NCBI GenBank assembly: GCA_963707985.1 | Contig: CAVPRW010000017.1 | Span: 32,001 to 96,000 of the forward strand | DNA from: an uncultured Nitrospinota bacterium | Lineage (GTDB): Bacteria > Tectomicrobia > Entotheonellia > J063 > CAVPRW01 | Direction of reading: 5' to 3' | Length of the DNA stretch: 64,000 nt | Shown: piece after piece, positions 23,322-34,797 of the stretch | Numbering within the stretch: position 1 is the first letter of the stretch | Layout: every line of letters starts with the position of its first letter | Translations under genes and position numbers: made by a program | Notes under the pieces: generated by a model | Seen by the model: only the letters and a program-made list of their open reading frames with translations | Database searches by the model: none | What the model was told of the DNA's origin: nothing

Positions 23322-23544
23322 ACGCTCCTCCCTGTACACGTCTGATGCGGACATTCTAACCGTCGTGTGCCGAGACCTTCAGGACCTCGTGTCCTCCGAT
23401 GGACGTAGAGGAATAGGAGTGTCACTATGCACTGGAGCTCGACTTCGGCATGCAATGGCAATCGTCTATTGGACATCGTCCTTGCCGTCCCCATGTAACG
23501 TCAGTCGGCACATGATCTCCCGCCACAGCGGCTGCAGGGTTCCG

Positions 23545-25269
23545 TTACGAAATTGGCTCAAGCACAAATGGATCGAAGGACCATTCGTACAGCTCTGCTG
23601 AGTCGACATATTGTGCATAATGTTCGTGCATCTCATCTGGATCGAAGCGGAAGTGTTGCAGATCGATGCTCTCGATGAACGAGCGATTGGTGAGCACACG
23701 CTCGTCTGAGAGCACGACCGAGTGGATATACGCAACGATGTAGCGCGCCAGCTCCTTGAGATTGGTGAGCTGCGTTTCGAGAACGGCTATGGCTTCTTCG
23801 ACCGAGACGCCGACACGGTAGAACGTGCTCTCGGCTGTACGCAGCGAGCCGAGAGCGGTGAAGTCGTGGAAGAGCGGTCCATACGCCGGTTGCCGCGCGG
23901 ATTTCTTCCATTGGTAATAGGCACTGATGAACGATTGCAGATTCTTATTGATCGCACCTAGACGGGAAAACTTGCTGAGGTAGGAAAGGACGAACCGGCG
24001 GTTTGTGGACAGGTCATTGATGAACGGAAAGACGAAGAACGCAAAATAGGCCGAAAGCTCCCAGGTGTACTTGAGCACATAGGCTTCCTGATCGCCGAGC
24101 ACATCGTAGCTGATGGCATAGCTGGGAATTAGTGACTCGTAAAGCGACTGCATCAGGAGCTCATGGAGATAACACTTGCCAGCCAGCTCGCTCCGTATCC
24201 GTTGTCAGGATCGCGTCGGTGATCAGGGTATTATGTAAGGCGATAAAGTCGCTGCCGGGGCTATAGAGTGGGTCTGTGAATCTACCCGCCTCCCCCGAGA
24301 GCGCCCACCTCGATGGGTGAATCGTCTGAGCACAGCCGTAGGAGATAATCCCTGAACGCGCTGTGAGCGAGGATTTTCCGGTAGGGCAAGTCACGCGCAA
24401 ACAGCGGAAACTCCTGACACACCCACTCAATCAGCTTCTGCGGTGTCAAGACACGTTCACGAGGAAAGATCGTGTTGTCGTAGACCAGGCCCAGGCTGGT
24501 CTTGCCTTGCAGCGGGATGACCCAGAACCAGAACCCTTCGCCGACGAAATGGTTTGTGGCCAGCCATACGCGGCAGGTGGCCGGTCGCGGCGCGGTCTTT
24601 CCGTAAGCGGATTTCTTTCGGTGAGAGATCGAGTGAGCTTTTCGATATCGACCAAGCCCTCGACCCAGAGGAACGACGCACCGTGGCGGATGGGGTTTGG
24701 CTGTGTCAGACCCAATCGACGCGCCAGGAATTTCCCTCGGCCCGATGTGTCAACGACCCAGTCGGCTCTGCACAGTGACATCACGGCCATTGGTCGTAAA
24801 ACTGAGTGAGTGTGGACCATCATCCGCAAGCGAGACGCTCAGGTCCGTGAGCAGGAGCACAGAAGCGTGAAGTTCGGGTGCTCGCAATTGAGCCTCAGCA
24901 GCTCGCCTTCGAGTTTATTGCGGTCGAGTTGGTAGCAGTGGGATGTTTGAAAACGTCCGGATGTAGACCTGGCTGTAGTCCTCGTAGCAGCGATTTTCGC
25001 GCCCGGTGGTCTTGTAGTAAGAAGCGCAGGTTGTACTTCATGAAGTGCTCTCGGAGCAGGTGCTCTTCTAGGTCGAGCACCTTTGAGAAGTAGTAGCCAC
25101 TCACCTGCACGGTTGCTTCTCCGACCTTTTGCTGCGATGGTGGAATCTCGGCGCGTTTCTCAACCAAGAGAATTTTCTTCTCGGAATTGAGTAATAGCTG
25201 TCGGGCTAAGGAAAGCCCGGCCAGCCCGGCGCCAATGATCACGACGTCGTATTGCTCTGCAAATGCCAT
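23545..25269 (-). CDS. Flavin-dependent halogenase-like protein (multiple frameshifts)
   Basis: DVVIIGAGLAG, KVGEAT, GFWFWVIP (WxWxIP at about 24515-24540), FTDPLYSPG. Confidence 0.75.
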
Positions 25270-25537
25270 TTCTTCTTTCCTCATCTGTCCTCATCATCTT
25301 ACCTCATCCGTCAAATCTGGCTCCCTCGTATTAAGCGCCGCTTGCCGGCTGTGATGACAGGGCGAGAAGGTGGAAGAGCGCAATGATTTCATAGGCGTCA
25401 TTATCATAGTAGAACTACCTTGTTCAGCTCGCGGATGCGGCTGCAGAGCTGGCATACGACTACAGCACTCAGCGTTACATCAGGGGTCAAGGATGGGATG
25501 GCCCTGCCAAAAGGGCTAGGACCCGCTCTGCATGATG

Positions 25538-26968
25538 TCATCGATACCCCAGGAGAAGCTGAGCATTGACTGCATCAGTTCCCGTACAACTGACACCTCT
25601 CCTCTCGCGAGCAGCACCAGTTTGATGTCTACCAGTCTGTAAGGCGCGCTCCGTCTTACATCCCATTGCCCCCCACGACGGAACGTCGCCGTCTGGGCCG
25701 ACGATCTGGAATACATGCATGAGAGAAAGCGTATGGGGTGAAATTCCAATAACCGAGTTGACTGTCAACATGCCCTGAATGCCTGTAAATACCCCAGTCC
25801 CGCCCACGATGGGTCCAAAGCCAGCAAATCGCAACTCCCGGCTGTGCGCGGGGCGGCTGGGAACCTCAGACCGAAAGACACGCCCTCGACGATATCCGCT
25901 GTGATCGTGCCAACAGATCGCCCGTCACTGTCTACGAACGGGTACACTTCATGCGTGCTGAAGGGGACCAGGAGCGTCGGCAGTTCCCGGCGGAGCTTGC
26001 AGATTGAAGAACACTGTGGCGGTATAATCGCTGACGATCGACCTGGCCGACGGTCATGTCCGCTGCGTAGACCTCCAAGAGCCTTGACCCTGTTAAGTTG
26101 TATCGGACTGACCGCATTTGTCCGGGTGTGACCAAACTGACCTGGTTGCCACCCGGTGGGGGACCATACGTGGTGCGTACCGTCGCATCCTTCTTCACGC
26201 CTCGCAACACCATGTACGTGGCTTGCGGGTCAGGGTCGAGATTTCTCATCAGCGGTGGGATCTCCCTCTCAGTCCGTACTTTGCCGTCCGGATCAACGAC
26301 CCGGCAGGTAATGCTCCCCAGAAAGCCGAGCTGCGAGGTGATAGTCCCGGTGAGGACGTATGTCCCTCGAGTCCCTTAAACTTACCGAAGCCCTCCATAA
26401 TGTTGCCAACCGCGCCCACAAGGAGTCTGGGCCGCCCTTGCACCGTCATGGGAAAGGTGCGGCCAACCCCGTAGCCATGGAAACTATCCTCGGAGTTGTG
26501 AAGGCAAAGCTCCCGTCCAACATGACAAAGCGCTGAGAGCCCCACGGATCAAACAGGGTTGGGGGAGGGTATTTGCCAGGTGACCACTTAAAGTCATCAG
26601 GACAGAGCAGCCAGCGGCAGCTGAAAACACCGACGGCTTCCCCAACAGCCTGGGCAACCCTTGGACCCCCACTGGACAAGGTATGCCGTGGAGTCGAAAC
26701 GGTGCAAAGCGCTGCGGATCGCAAGGCCGTATCCACCGTTGAGGCCGAACCAGTCATCAGGATCATCGGGTATGAGAGTTGGCAGTCTCAGCGTGCTCTG
26801 GGTCGGGATCGCAAACATGCTGAGATGAGCCACTTGATCCAACAAATATTGCACCAGATCGAATGGATACGTCTCGAAGTTTACGTCAGGTTGCGCTGCG
26901 GAGGACGCAGAGGCTCCCCTCGCGTCCTGCCTGCATTGTGACTGTTGGGAAATCTCTTCAGTTTTCAT
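25538..26968 (-). CDS. Hypothetical protein, paralogue 3 of 3, with dirigent/allene-oxide-cyclase-like motifs (frameshifted)
   Basis: DVNFETYP..LLDQVA; AVGNIMEGFGKF; GFGPIVGGTGVFTGIQG. Confidence 0.6.
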
Positions 26969-26994
26969 TTTGCAACCACCTTTGTTGACGTCCT

Positions 26995-28338
26995 CTAGGC
27001 GTCAGCCGGAAAGGGCGGTTGGCGTCTACAATCCCTCCGAGCGCAAGTTGCCAGGAGCACGAAACCTGCCCTCAGGGGTCGCTGAGGCGGGCAACATAAA
27101 AATGGGTCACCACATGTCCGCCAGGAGGAGGCCAAGGACCGACCCGAACACGCCGTAAAATATCCCCTCCACCCTGTGGAAGCAGCCGGAGCAGTACACA
27201 ATGGGGCCGAAAAAGCCAAACCGAAAAGCCGGCTCTCCCGGAGCGCCCGCGAGTTCCATGTCGAACCTCCTACCTTCCAAGATGTTTGTCGTAATAGCCC
27301 CAACGGTCTTTCGATCCTCGCCGAACAAGCTATAACGGGCCACACCTCCGAAAGAGAAGGGTCTGAGGGCTGTTCCAGTCATCGGAACGCCGGGTGGAGA
27401 CAATGGACCAAAGCCGATCTCCTTACCAAGGATGGCGCCCGTTTGCAGTTCGCTACTGCGGATTTCCTGCAGCCCTTGATCGGTGAACCTGACACAGGCA
27501 CGTTTCAACTTCTTGTTGAGATATTTAAACCTCGTGGTTGTCCATCTGGGGTGCAAGAAACTGAACCGATTTGTTTGATCCGCACCTTTTCCTTTTTGAC
27601 CAACCCAGGCGAGGAAGGTTGCCCCTGAGTCCGGAACTGGGCTCGCTTCAAGAGGAGGGAGCGGCTCTTGCGTACGCAAGGCACCGTCCGGATCCTGGAC
27701 CCGAATCGCTATATGCCCCAAGAATCCCTGCTCCGGTAGAAGCTCGCCACACAGGACAAAATTCCCTTCATGGTTACTGAATTTGCCAAAACCTTCTGTG
27801 ATATTCCCTACGGCTGCGGCAACAAGCTTCGGTTGCCCACCCACCATCATGGGAAAGGTACGCACCCGTACCAAAACTGCGAAAACCGTCCCGGCCATCA
27901 CCAAACGTAAGCTGCCCCTCCTGCATCGCGAAGCGCTGAGCACGTGACGGCTCCAGGACGGTCGGCGGAGGTTCTCTATCTGGCCGAGCCGAATAGGCAT
28001 GAGGGATGATCAACCAGCGGAAATCTAGTTTACCAGCGGGTTGTCCGATGACATTCTTCGCCTTCACTCCCACGGCGAGCGAGGGAAGCTGCATATCCAC
28101 TTCGAAGCGGTGTAGGCTTTTACTACCCCGAAAGCCAATGAGGCTATTGGCATCACCGGACAGGCCGATTGCAGGGTTGGAACGCTGTGGACTAGGCAAA
28201 CACATTGAAAAAGGCCGCTTGATCCACCAAACGTTGAATCAACTCAGGAGGATACAGCTCAGAGTTGACGTGCGACGGGGCCGATGTGGAAGCAGCAGCT
28301 TCCTCACGATGGTTAGAGGTTCCTTCAGAAAGCGTCAT
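26995..28338 (-). CDS. Hypothetical protein, paralogue 2 of 3 (frameshifted)
   Basis: VNSELYP..LVDQAAFFN; AVGNITEGFGKF; FFGPIVYCSGCF..VEG. Confidence 0.6.
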
Positions 28339-28340
28339 AC

Positions 28341-29244
28341 TTATACGCTCCTTTTTTTATTCTCCTTGGTGGTGAGAAACTCGAGTATCACACGGTTGAC
28401 TTCATCTGGTTTCTCTTGGCGTAGGAAATGACCAGCATTCGGCACCATCACCTTTTGTAGACCATTAGGGAAATATGCTTCCATTCCTTCACTGAGTTCC
28501 GCTGAGGACAGTACCGTCTCTTTCTCCGTGTAAATAGAGCGTTGGCACCCGGATCAACGCTTTTCCATATAGTTCCTGGATATTTTTCGCTTGTAGAAAT
28601 CGAACGCTTTTCATCAAATAAGCAACGATAGTAATCGACAGCCGCTTGCAAAACTCCGGGTTTGCGGAATGTCGTTTTGAGTGCTTCCATTTCTTCCACA
28701 GGATATGGCCATCCTGGAGACCAGAGCTGCCATAACTTCTCTATGAAAGCATAATCATTAAATGATATGGCTGCTTCAGCAAAATGAGACAGAAAAAAGA
28801 AAATATGCCATGAGTGCCTTAGTTGTTCGAAATCGGGAACAGACGAATTCACTCACTGTTGCTCCACAAGACCCTGAGGCCGCGATGAGTTCGCTACTCT
28901 TCTCTGGAGCTATGAGTGCCGCTGCATAGGCTGCTCCCGCGGCAAAGTCATAGCCAAAGACCACAGCAAATCGATAACCCAGTGCGCCAATGAGGGAGAC
29001 TGCCTCCTGACCGAGCACGGCAAGTTGATAAGAGCCATCTGATGGTATTTCGGAGGAAAGATAGCCTCTCATGTTGGGAGCAACGACGCGATAGCCATGC
29101 GCAGATAGGGTCCTGAGTTGGTGTCGAAAGGACCGGGCATGATCAGGAAAGCCATGCAGACACAGGATAAACGGTCCATCTCTGTTCGAGAAAGCGAAAC
29201 CGGAGTCCATTCGCATGGATCGAGCTCGTCCTGAACTCTTCCAT
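28341..29244 (-). CDS. Alpha/beta hydrolase, epoxide-hydrolase-like (frameshifted)
   Basis: LCLHGFPD, APNMRGY, GYDFAA nucleophile elbow, C-terminal NAGHFL.QEKPDEVN. Confidence 0.8.
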
Positions 29245-29329
29245 GTTGCCTTCCTGTTCAGGCGCACAAGGGTAACGCTTACACCGCAGCAACCTAGGCG
29301 GTAGTCTACCTGCCAACCAGCCCCAACCC

Positions 29330-30678
29330 TCATTGCTGGTCACACGGCATTCGCCGTCCGGGTCGCAGAGGCGAGCTATGCATACGGTCGAAAGCGAACG
29401 GCAGGGGTGTGATACCGACCGCGGAGTCATGCATCAACAGCCCCTCGATATCAGTGAACATTCCGTCACCATTCACGATGGGTCCGAACCCGCCAAAACG
29501 CAGCGTCGCCTGACGTGGAGCCCCCACGAGGTACAGATTAAACGCTCCGCGCTCGCCTCCTCTCAGGCACGTAACTATCGGCGATATATTTCGCACCGCC
29601 ATTGAAGCCGAAACCGCCAACGACATCCCCTCCTTGGGCAAAGAATGTATAATCGTTATAGTCACTGAACGGGATAGGAGATTCCACCGTTCCGGGCGCT
29701 CCTGGATTGAGGGGATTAAACAAGATGATGCCGTTCAGAGACTCCCTATCACTTGGCCCACGCTCGACACGCTGCCGAGGTTCCCCTGCGTAGTGAAAGC
29801 ACCATCAAGTCTTGCAACAATCTGATTTGGGTCCCAACAGCAAGCCATTTACCTGGCCATCCGGTCCGAAGCTATACCTGGTCTTTTTGAGTTCCTGCCC
29901 TCTTTTGGCGGCGAAAGAACGACATACGCGATGTCAGGCTCGAGGAATGCGGCCTCGGTTGCAGAGCGGGCAGTTTTCTCTCGGCGCGTCAGCTTTCCTC
30001 TCTGGCATCGATGACCCGGGAAAATAAATTACCGATGAATCCGGAATCCGGCGAAATCTTGCCGCTATAGGGTATACGGTCCCCACAAGCCCGTGAAAGT
30101 TTCCGAACCCCTCCAAGATGGTGCCCACTGCGGCGGCAAGGAGTTGGCGCTTACCGTTCATGACCGCCGGAAAGGTACGTCCTGTCCCAGAACCCGTGGA
30201 GACCGTCCTCGCCATTTCCGAACCTGCAGATTGCGTCCAGCATGGTGAAGCGTTGAGACTGCGACGGATCGAGCCTGGTCGGAGGTGGCTCATGGCCCGG
30301 CAACGCCCTGAAATCGTGAGGGATCATCATCCAACGGTGCTCGAATCCGGCGATCGGTTCTCCGACAACGTTCACAGCCCTCAAACCCTTTTCAAGCGTG
30401 GGTGGCTGTACCGTGACATCGAAGCGATGTAGTATCTCGTTTACTCTGATGCCGATCACATGGCCCGGTTGACCCTGAGCCAGTATGCCGACATTGGAAA
30501 GCGCTGGGTTAGCGACTGAGTACATGTTGAAATAGGCAACCTGGTCCAATAGATGCAGCACCGTCTCGTATGGATAGGTTTCGGCGTTGATATCTGGCAG
30601 CTCCGACGAGGAGGTAGCTGTCTGCCCTATACCGTGCTCGCTTTGGGACTGCTGAGAAACGTGCTCTTGGGTCCTCAT
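29330..30678 (-). CDS. Hypothetical protein, paralogue 1 of 3 (frameshifted)
   Basis: DINAETYP..LLDQVAYFN; AVGTILEGFGNF; GFGPIVNGDGMFTDIEG. Confidence 0.6.
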
Positions 30679-30791
30679 AATGGCTACCTCTGTTCAAGAT
30701 AACGCGTGGCTCGGCTCTGTCTCCTGCACTCATCCTTTCGGCCCCCGCACTGTGCGGCTAGACATGTTTTAAGTCCCTGGTCGTCTCTGCG

Positions 30792-32066
30792 CTAAGTCCG
30801 CATCTTTCCTACAACTCGAATGAGTCTCCCCACTGGTGCCGCTACTTGAACAGACAAATCTGCAGAGGCTTTTACGCATCGGTTGAGTATGCAGTCATGT
30901 TGGACACCATCTTCGAACCCATGGTCGATGAGAATCCGTGATCCTGTCACGGTCGAAGTCGAGGAGCCCCAGAGGCCCACTGACGTCATCGCCAGGGGAA
31001 TATTGGTGGACGGTTACCGGTGTGTAAGCCCGGTATTGCTGGAGATACTGCTCGATATCTTTTATGCGTAGACTTTCAAGCTCCTCGGCCGGGAAGCTCT
31101 CCTTATTCCTTTGTAATACGTCGGAAATTAAGCCGACAAATGCGAGCATCCGGTTAATGTCTCTAACCCTTTTGACGCTACTTTCCAGCGTCTTTGCCCA
31201 CCCTATGATCTGCTGTCGGTAGACCGTTGCTAGCGTGTTACTCATAGTCGCCAGAGGGATGTTCACGACATTGGGGAACAGGGAGATCACATGTAAGACA
31301 CGGCCCCAACGTCGATCACTGGATTCAGCGGTGTGTTCAGCAACACACCGCCGTCAACGAAAAGTTGGGAGCCGACCGGGGTAGGCGGAAAGATGCCGGG
31401 TATGGCGGTCGAGCCCAGGATAGCGAGAGGCCCGAGCTGATCCGTCATGTCCTGATTTTCAAAGATCCGCAACCCTGCCCGACTCCCAGTTGGTCGCCGC
31501 GATCATCAGCACTTTTCTGCGAACGACGGATTTCTGCAAACCAGATCGTATCGTTTACGAGTTGTATCAAAGGTTCAAGTACGATGAAACTGGTGAAGTC
31601 AAACAGCTCCGAAACCCGTTGTAACAACGGCCCCTGTGCCGTCACAACGTTGACGGCCCTCTGGAGTCCGTCCCAGGTCAGAGCGGCACTGTCACTGATC
31701 AGGTGGATAGAAGGGCTCAAGTGGGTTCGGGATAAAGCTTCTAGGGTTGGTAAACTCCCGTAGATCGTGGCGGATCCTGAAGACGCCGTTCTGCACTTTT
31801 GCAGAGCTGCTACTCACCTTGTCGAGCCAGACCTGCTCCAGGTTGGCTATCGCCGCCGGACCGTACATCTCCCATTGCGACACCAGGAAGGCCGCGTTGT
31901 AGGACCCAACCGAGGTGCCCGCAAAGATGTCGGGGTCGAGCGGCCGGTACATCAGTCGCCGGAGACTGTCCAGAGAACAGCGCCTTCATCACGCCGACTT
32001 CGTAGGCGCCGTTCGCCCCCCCGCCCGACAGAACGACTGCATGCTTGCCGCCGTCTGGATGTTCAC
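30792..32066 (-). CDS. Patatin-like phospholipase (frameshifted; start approximate)
   Basis: AVVLSGGGANGAYEVG, GTSVG, AIPGIFPP, DGGV. Confidence 0.88.
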
Positions 32067-32104
32067 GCGCTTACTCCCTTGACAACCCACTGAGGCAGGG
32101 TCCG

Positions 32105-33351
32105 TCACCTGTCGAGCCAGTCAGGAATTTGCCGCCAGGTATGGAGCGCACCTGCAATCGTCTGGTAGTGCTGCATGAAGTGTTTCACCAAAAACTGTTT
32201 ATCCAACTCTTCTCTCGAGATGCACAGCTGTCGCGCTGCCTGACCTCCACTTAACGCATTGGCTAACCAGATGAAGGTATACACCGGGTCGACGGTGCCG
32301 CCGCTGAACGGCAGTTGATCGAGCACGCCTCGCAGTGGCGCCAAGAAACTCGAGGACAGCCCAAACGTCATCAGATCCGCCAACGTGAAGCTCCAGTCAA
32401 CTGGGTTGAGGGGGAAATTCAGGATGCGGGTGGCCTGATTGACGACAAACACCATCTCGACGCGGATCCTCCCATCTTCGGATATTTGAAAATCGATGAT
32501 TTCGATGGCGGCATCGAACTGCCCTGGGCCCATGGCTAAGAGGCCACTGGTTGGCTCCTTGATGAAGGCGTATCCCAAGCCGTAGCGTCCCAACACTCCC
32601 GGTGCAGGATTGTCTTCATTCGTAATGAAATCGCGGGTCAGGACCAAGTAACTGGCCTCGCTGAGCGGCAAGACCACATAGGGGTTCTCCGAGCCAAACG
32701 GCATGTACGTAAAGTAGAAATCGAAGATGCGCACCCTGACCACAATCCACTCGTACTTCTGGCCGATCTCGCGCAGATCGACGATGGCAAATTTCTCTTC
32801 CTCGGGGAATCGACCGATCTGGCCGGAGTCACGTAACTTGTAGAAGAGCTGTGAGAACCCGAAGCCGACGCGCTCGCGGGTCCTCTGGAGGACATAGACT
32901 GAATGGACGCAAATAGGGTGGTGGAGCAGCGCGCTTGTCTTCCATAGTGCCCTGAGGTTGGCGGAAATCACTGACATGCATGAAGTAGTGTAGGACATAC
33001 TCGCGGAGCTGTTCCCGCATCCACTGAGCGGATTCCGCCGTCTGACCGCGCTGCACTTTAGGGCGGTCAAAGAACATCGCTTGAAAGTTGCCCACCACTG
33101 GCATGCTGTGGCCCCCAACGTGGGCCTGGCCAAAGAAACCGTAGCCAGTGTCCGGCCGGTTAGTACGTCAATCCTAGCTCAAAACGCGTCGGGAAAGCAT
33201 TGGTGGCGCTGGTCTGCTTCCACCACTGCTTCAGTTGCAGACCAGCGCTGAGGTAGCTGTCCACACTGTTCAGGAGAGCACGGTCGTGGTCGGTCAGATT
33301 GACAATTCCCGTCAGGTCTGCTTGGGCGCTGGATATCTGTGCGTTACTCAT
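32105..33351 (-). CDS. Hypothetical protein (frameshifted)
   Basis: Coherent protein-like segments from MSNAQISS to FLVKHFMQHYQTIAGALHTWRQIPDW; tightly packed in the operon. Confidence 0.55.
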
Positions 33352-34758
33352 CTCACCGGTTCCCCCTTCGAGTCGATCCACCAATACTGCAAAGATTGAT
33401 GCCGGAAGACCTCGCCGAGACCATACTGTGTCCTTCAGCACGTCATAATACCGTTGCAACGCCTCTTGGGCAGGCGCCCTTACCTGGCTGTTCCAGAGCT
33501 GCACGAGACGCGGATTGGATGGGTCGGGCTGGTATTGCAAGAAGGCCCTGAGATAGGGGTCATCTTTTTCGATGTCGTACCAGATCATGAGCGACGCACT
33601 CACCCCAGTGGAAAATGCATCGTTTGCAGATATGACACCACCATACTGTTTCAGAAAAGTCTCCAGGATCGCCGGGTGCCTGAGATTGACCAGGGTCACG
33701 GCCCACGCCAGTCCCCCCAGGGCATTGAGCCGCCCCAAGCTATGCGGTGGCTCTTCTTGTGCCATCTCGACGGCACGCCAGGTTGAGCTGGTACACGGCA
33801 GCGCGTTGATCGGCAGAAAATAGAGCCCACGGCCCACGCCGTGCCAGAAGTACCCGACAAGATCCGGATCGATTGCCGACAGCCGCCAGTCAATAATGCG
33901 GACTATCTGGGGGTAGAGCAGGCGCGTGACCAGCCCTAGGGCTTCCAATACTGCTCCCGTATAGCCTTCCCTGGAGTTCTGCTGACAAAGCGCGATAAAC
34001 TCGTCGGAGTAGGGTGTCGATTGCGATGTCAGGGCTCTGTGGCGTGAGGGAAGCGAGGAGACGACGCGCCAACGACAACCCCATGCCTGTATGTAGTGGG
34101 ATTAGACTCCTCGCCGGCAAGTCACGGACTTTGGCAGCCGTCAGCAGCTGCTGGGGCGTTCCGTTGTATTCCCAGTGCGTCTCGGCATAATACCGCCCCA
34201 GATCCTTCCATGACCCAGGGAGCGAGATAGGGATCGAGCGCATCAGCCTTCTCAACCAGCGCGATTAACGGGACGTCAGGCCCTGACGGCAGCTGCAAGG
34301 TCACATCCACATGTTCGAACAAGATTGAAAGCTTGCAGTTTATTCTTGAATTCCTGCCAGGCTAAGCGGTTCTCTCGTCCCGGCATGAGCCATCTACCGA
34401 CCTCGGCCGACTGCTGCATCACATCGAAGGTCAGCTTCGTCAGGTGACGTGGCGTAGAGGTATCAAGTGTCGACAAGACTCCACATGAGATCCAGCATAG
34501 CCTCTTTGCAGTTGCTCTCCAGCCTGGAAGATTGCCCTGCTCGACCTCTCCGAACTGCGTTTCAGCGGTGTGAGTGACCGCTGCAAAAGCGGCAGGCGCC
34601 TGAAGCCTGGCTGGGCTTGCATCACGTGGGGAGAGTATCCTCGCCACCTGCTCGGCACCGAAGAGAGACAACGCCCATACACAGGACATCATAGACTTGG
34701 TGCATTCACGATAATCGTCTGGCATAGCACCGAGCGCTCCTCGAAGCGATTCGCCCAT
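33350..34758 (-). CDS. Hypothetical protein with the shared N-terminal segment; paralogue of 38339..39721; possibly DUF1702/UnbL-like (frameshifted)
   Basis: WVMEG, LHTGMGLSLA, EALGLVTR, YFWHGVGRGLYF, ALGGLAWAVTLVN. Confidence 0.6.
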
Positions 34759-34797
34759 GGGATTGTAGAATGTTGCGCACTATGAGAGCCAGACAGG

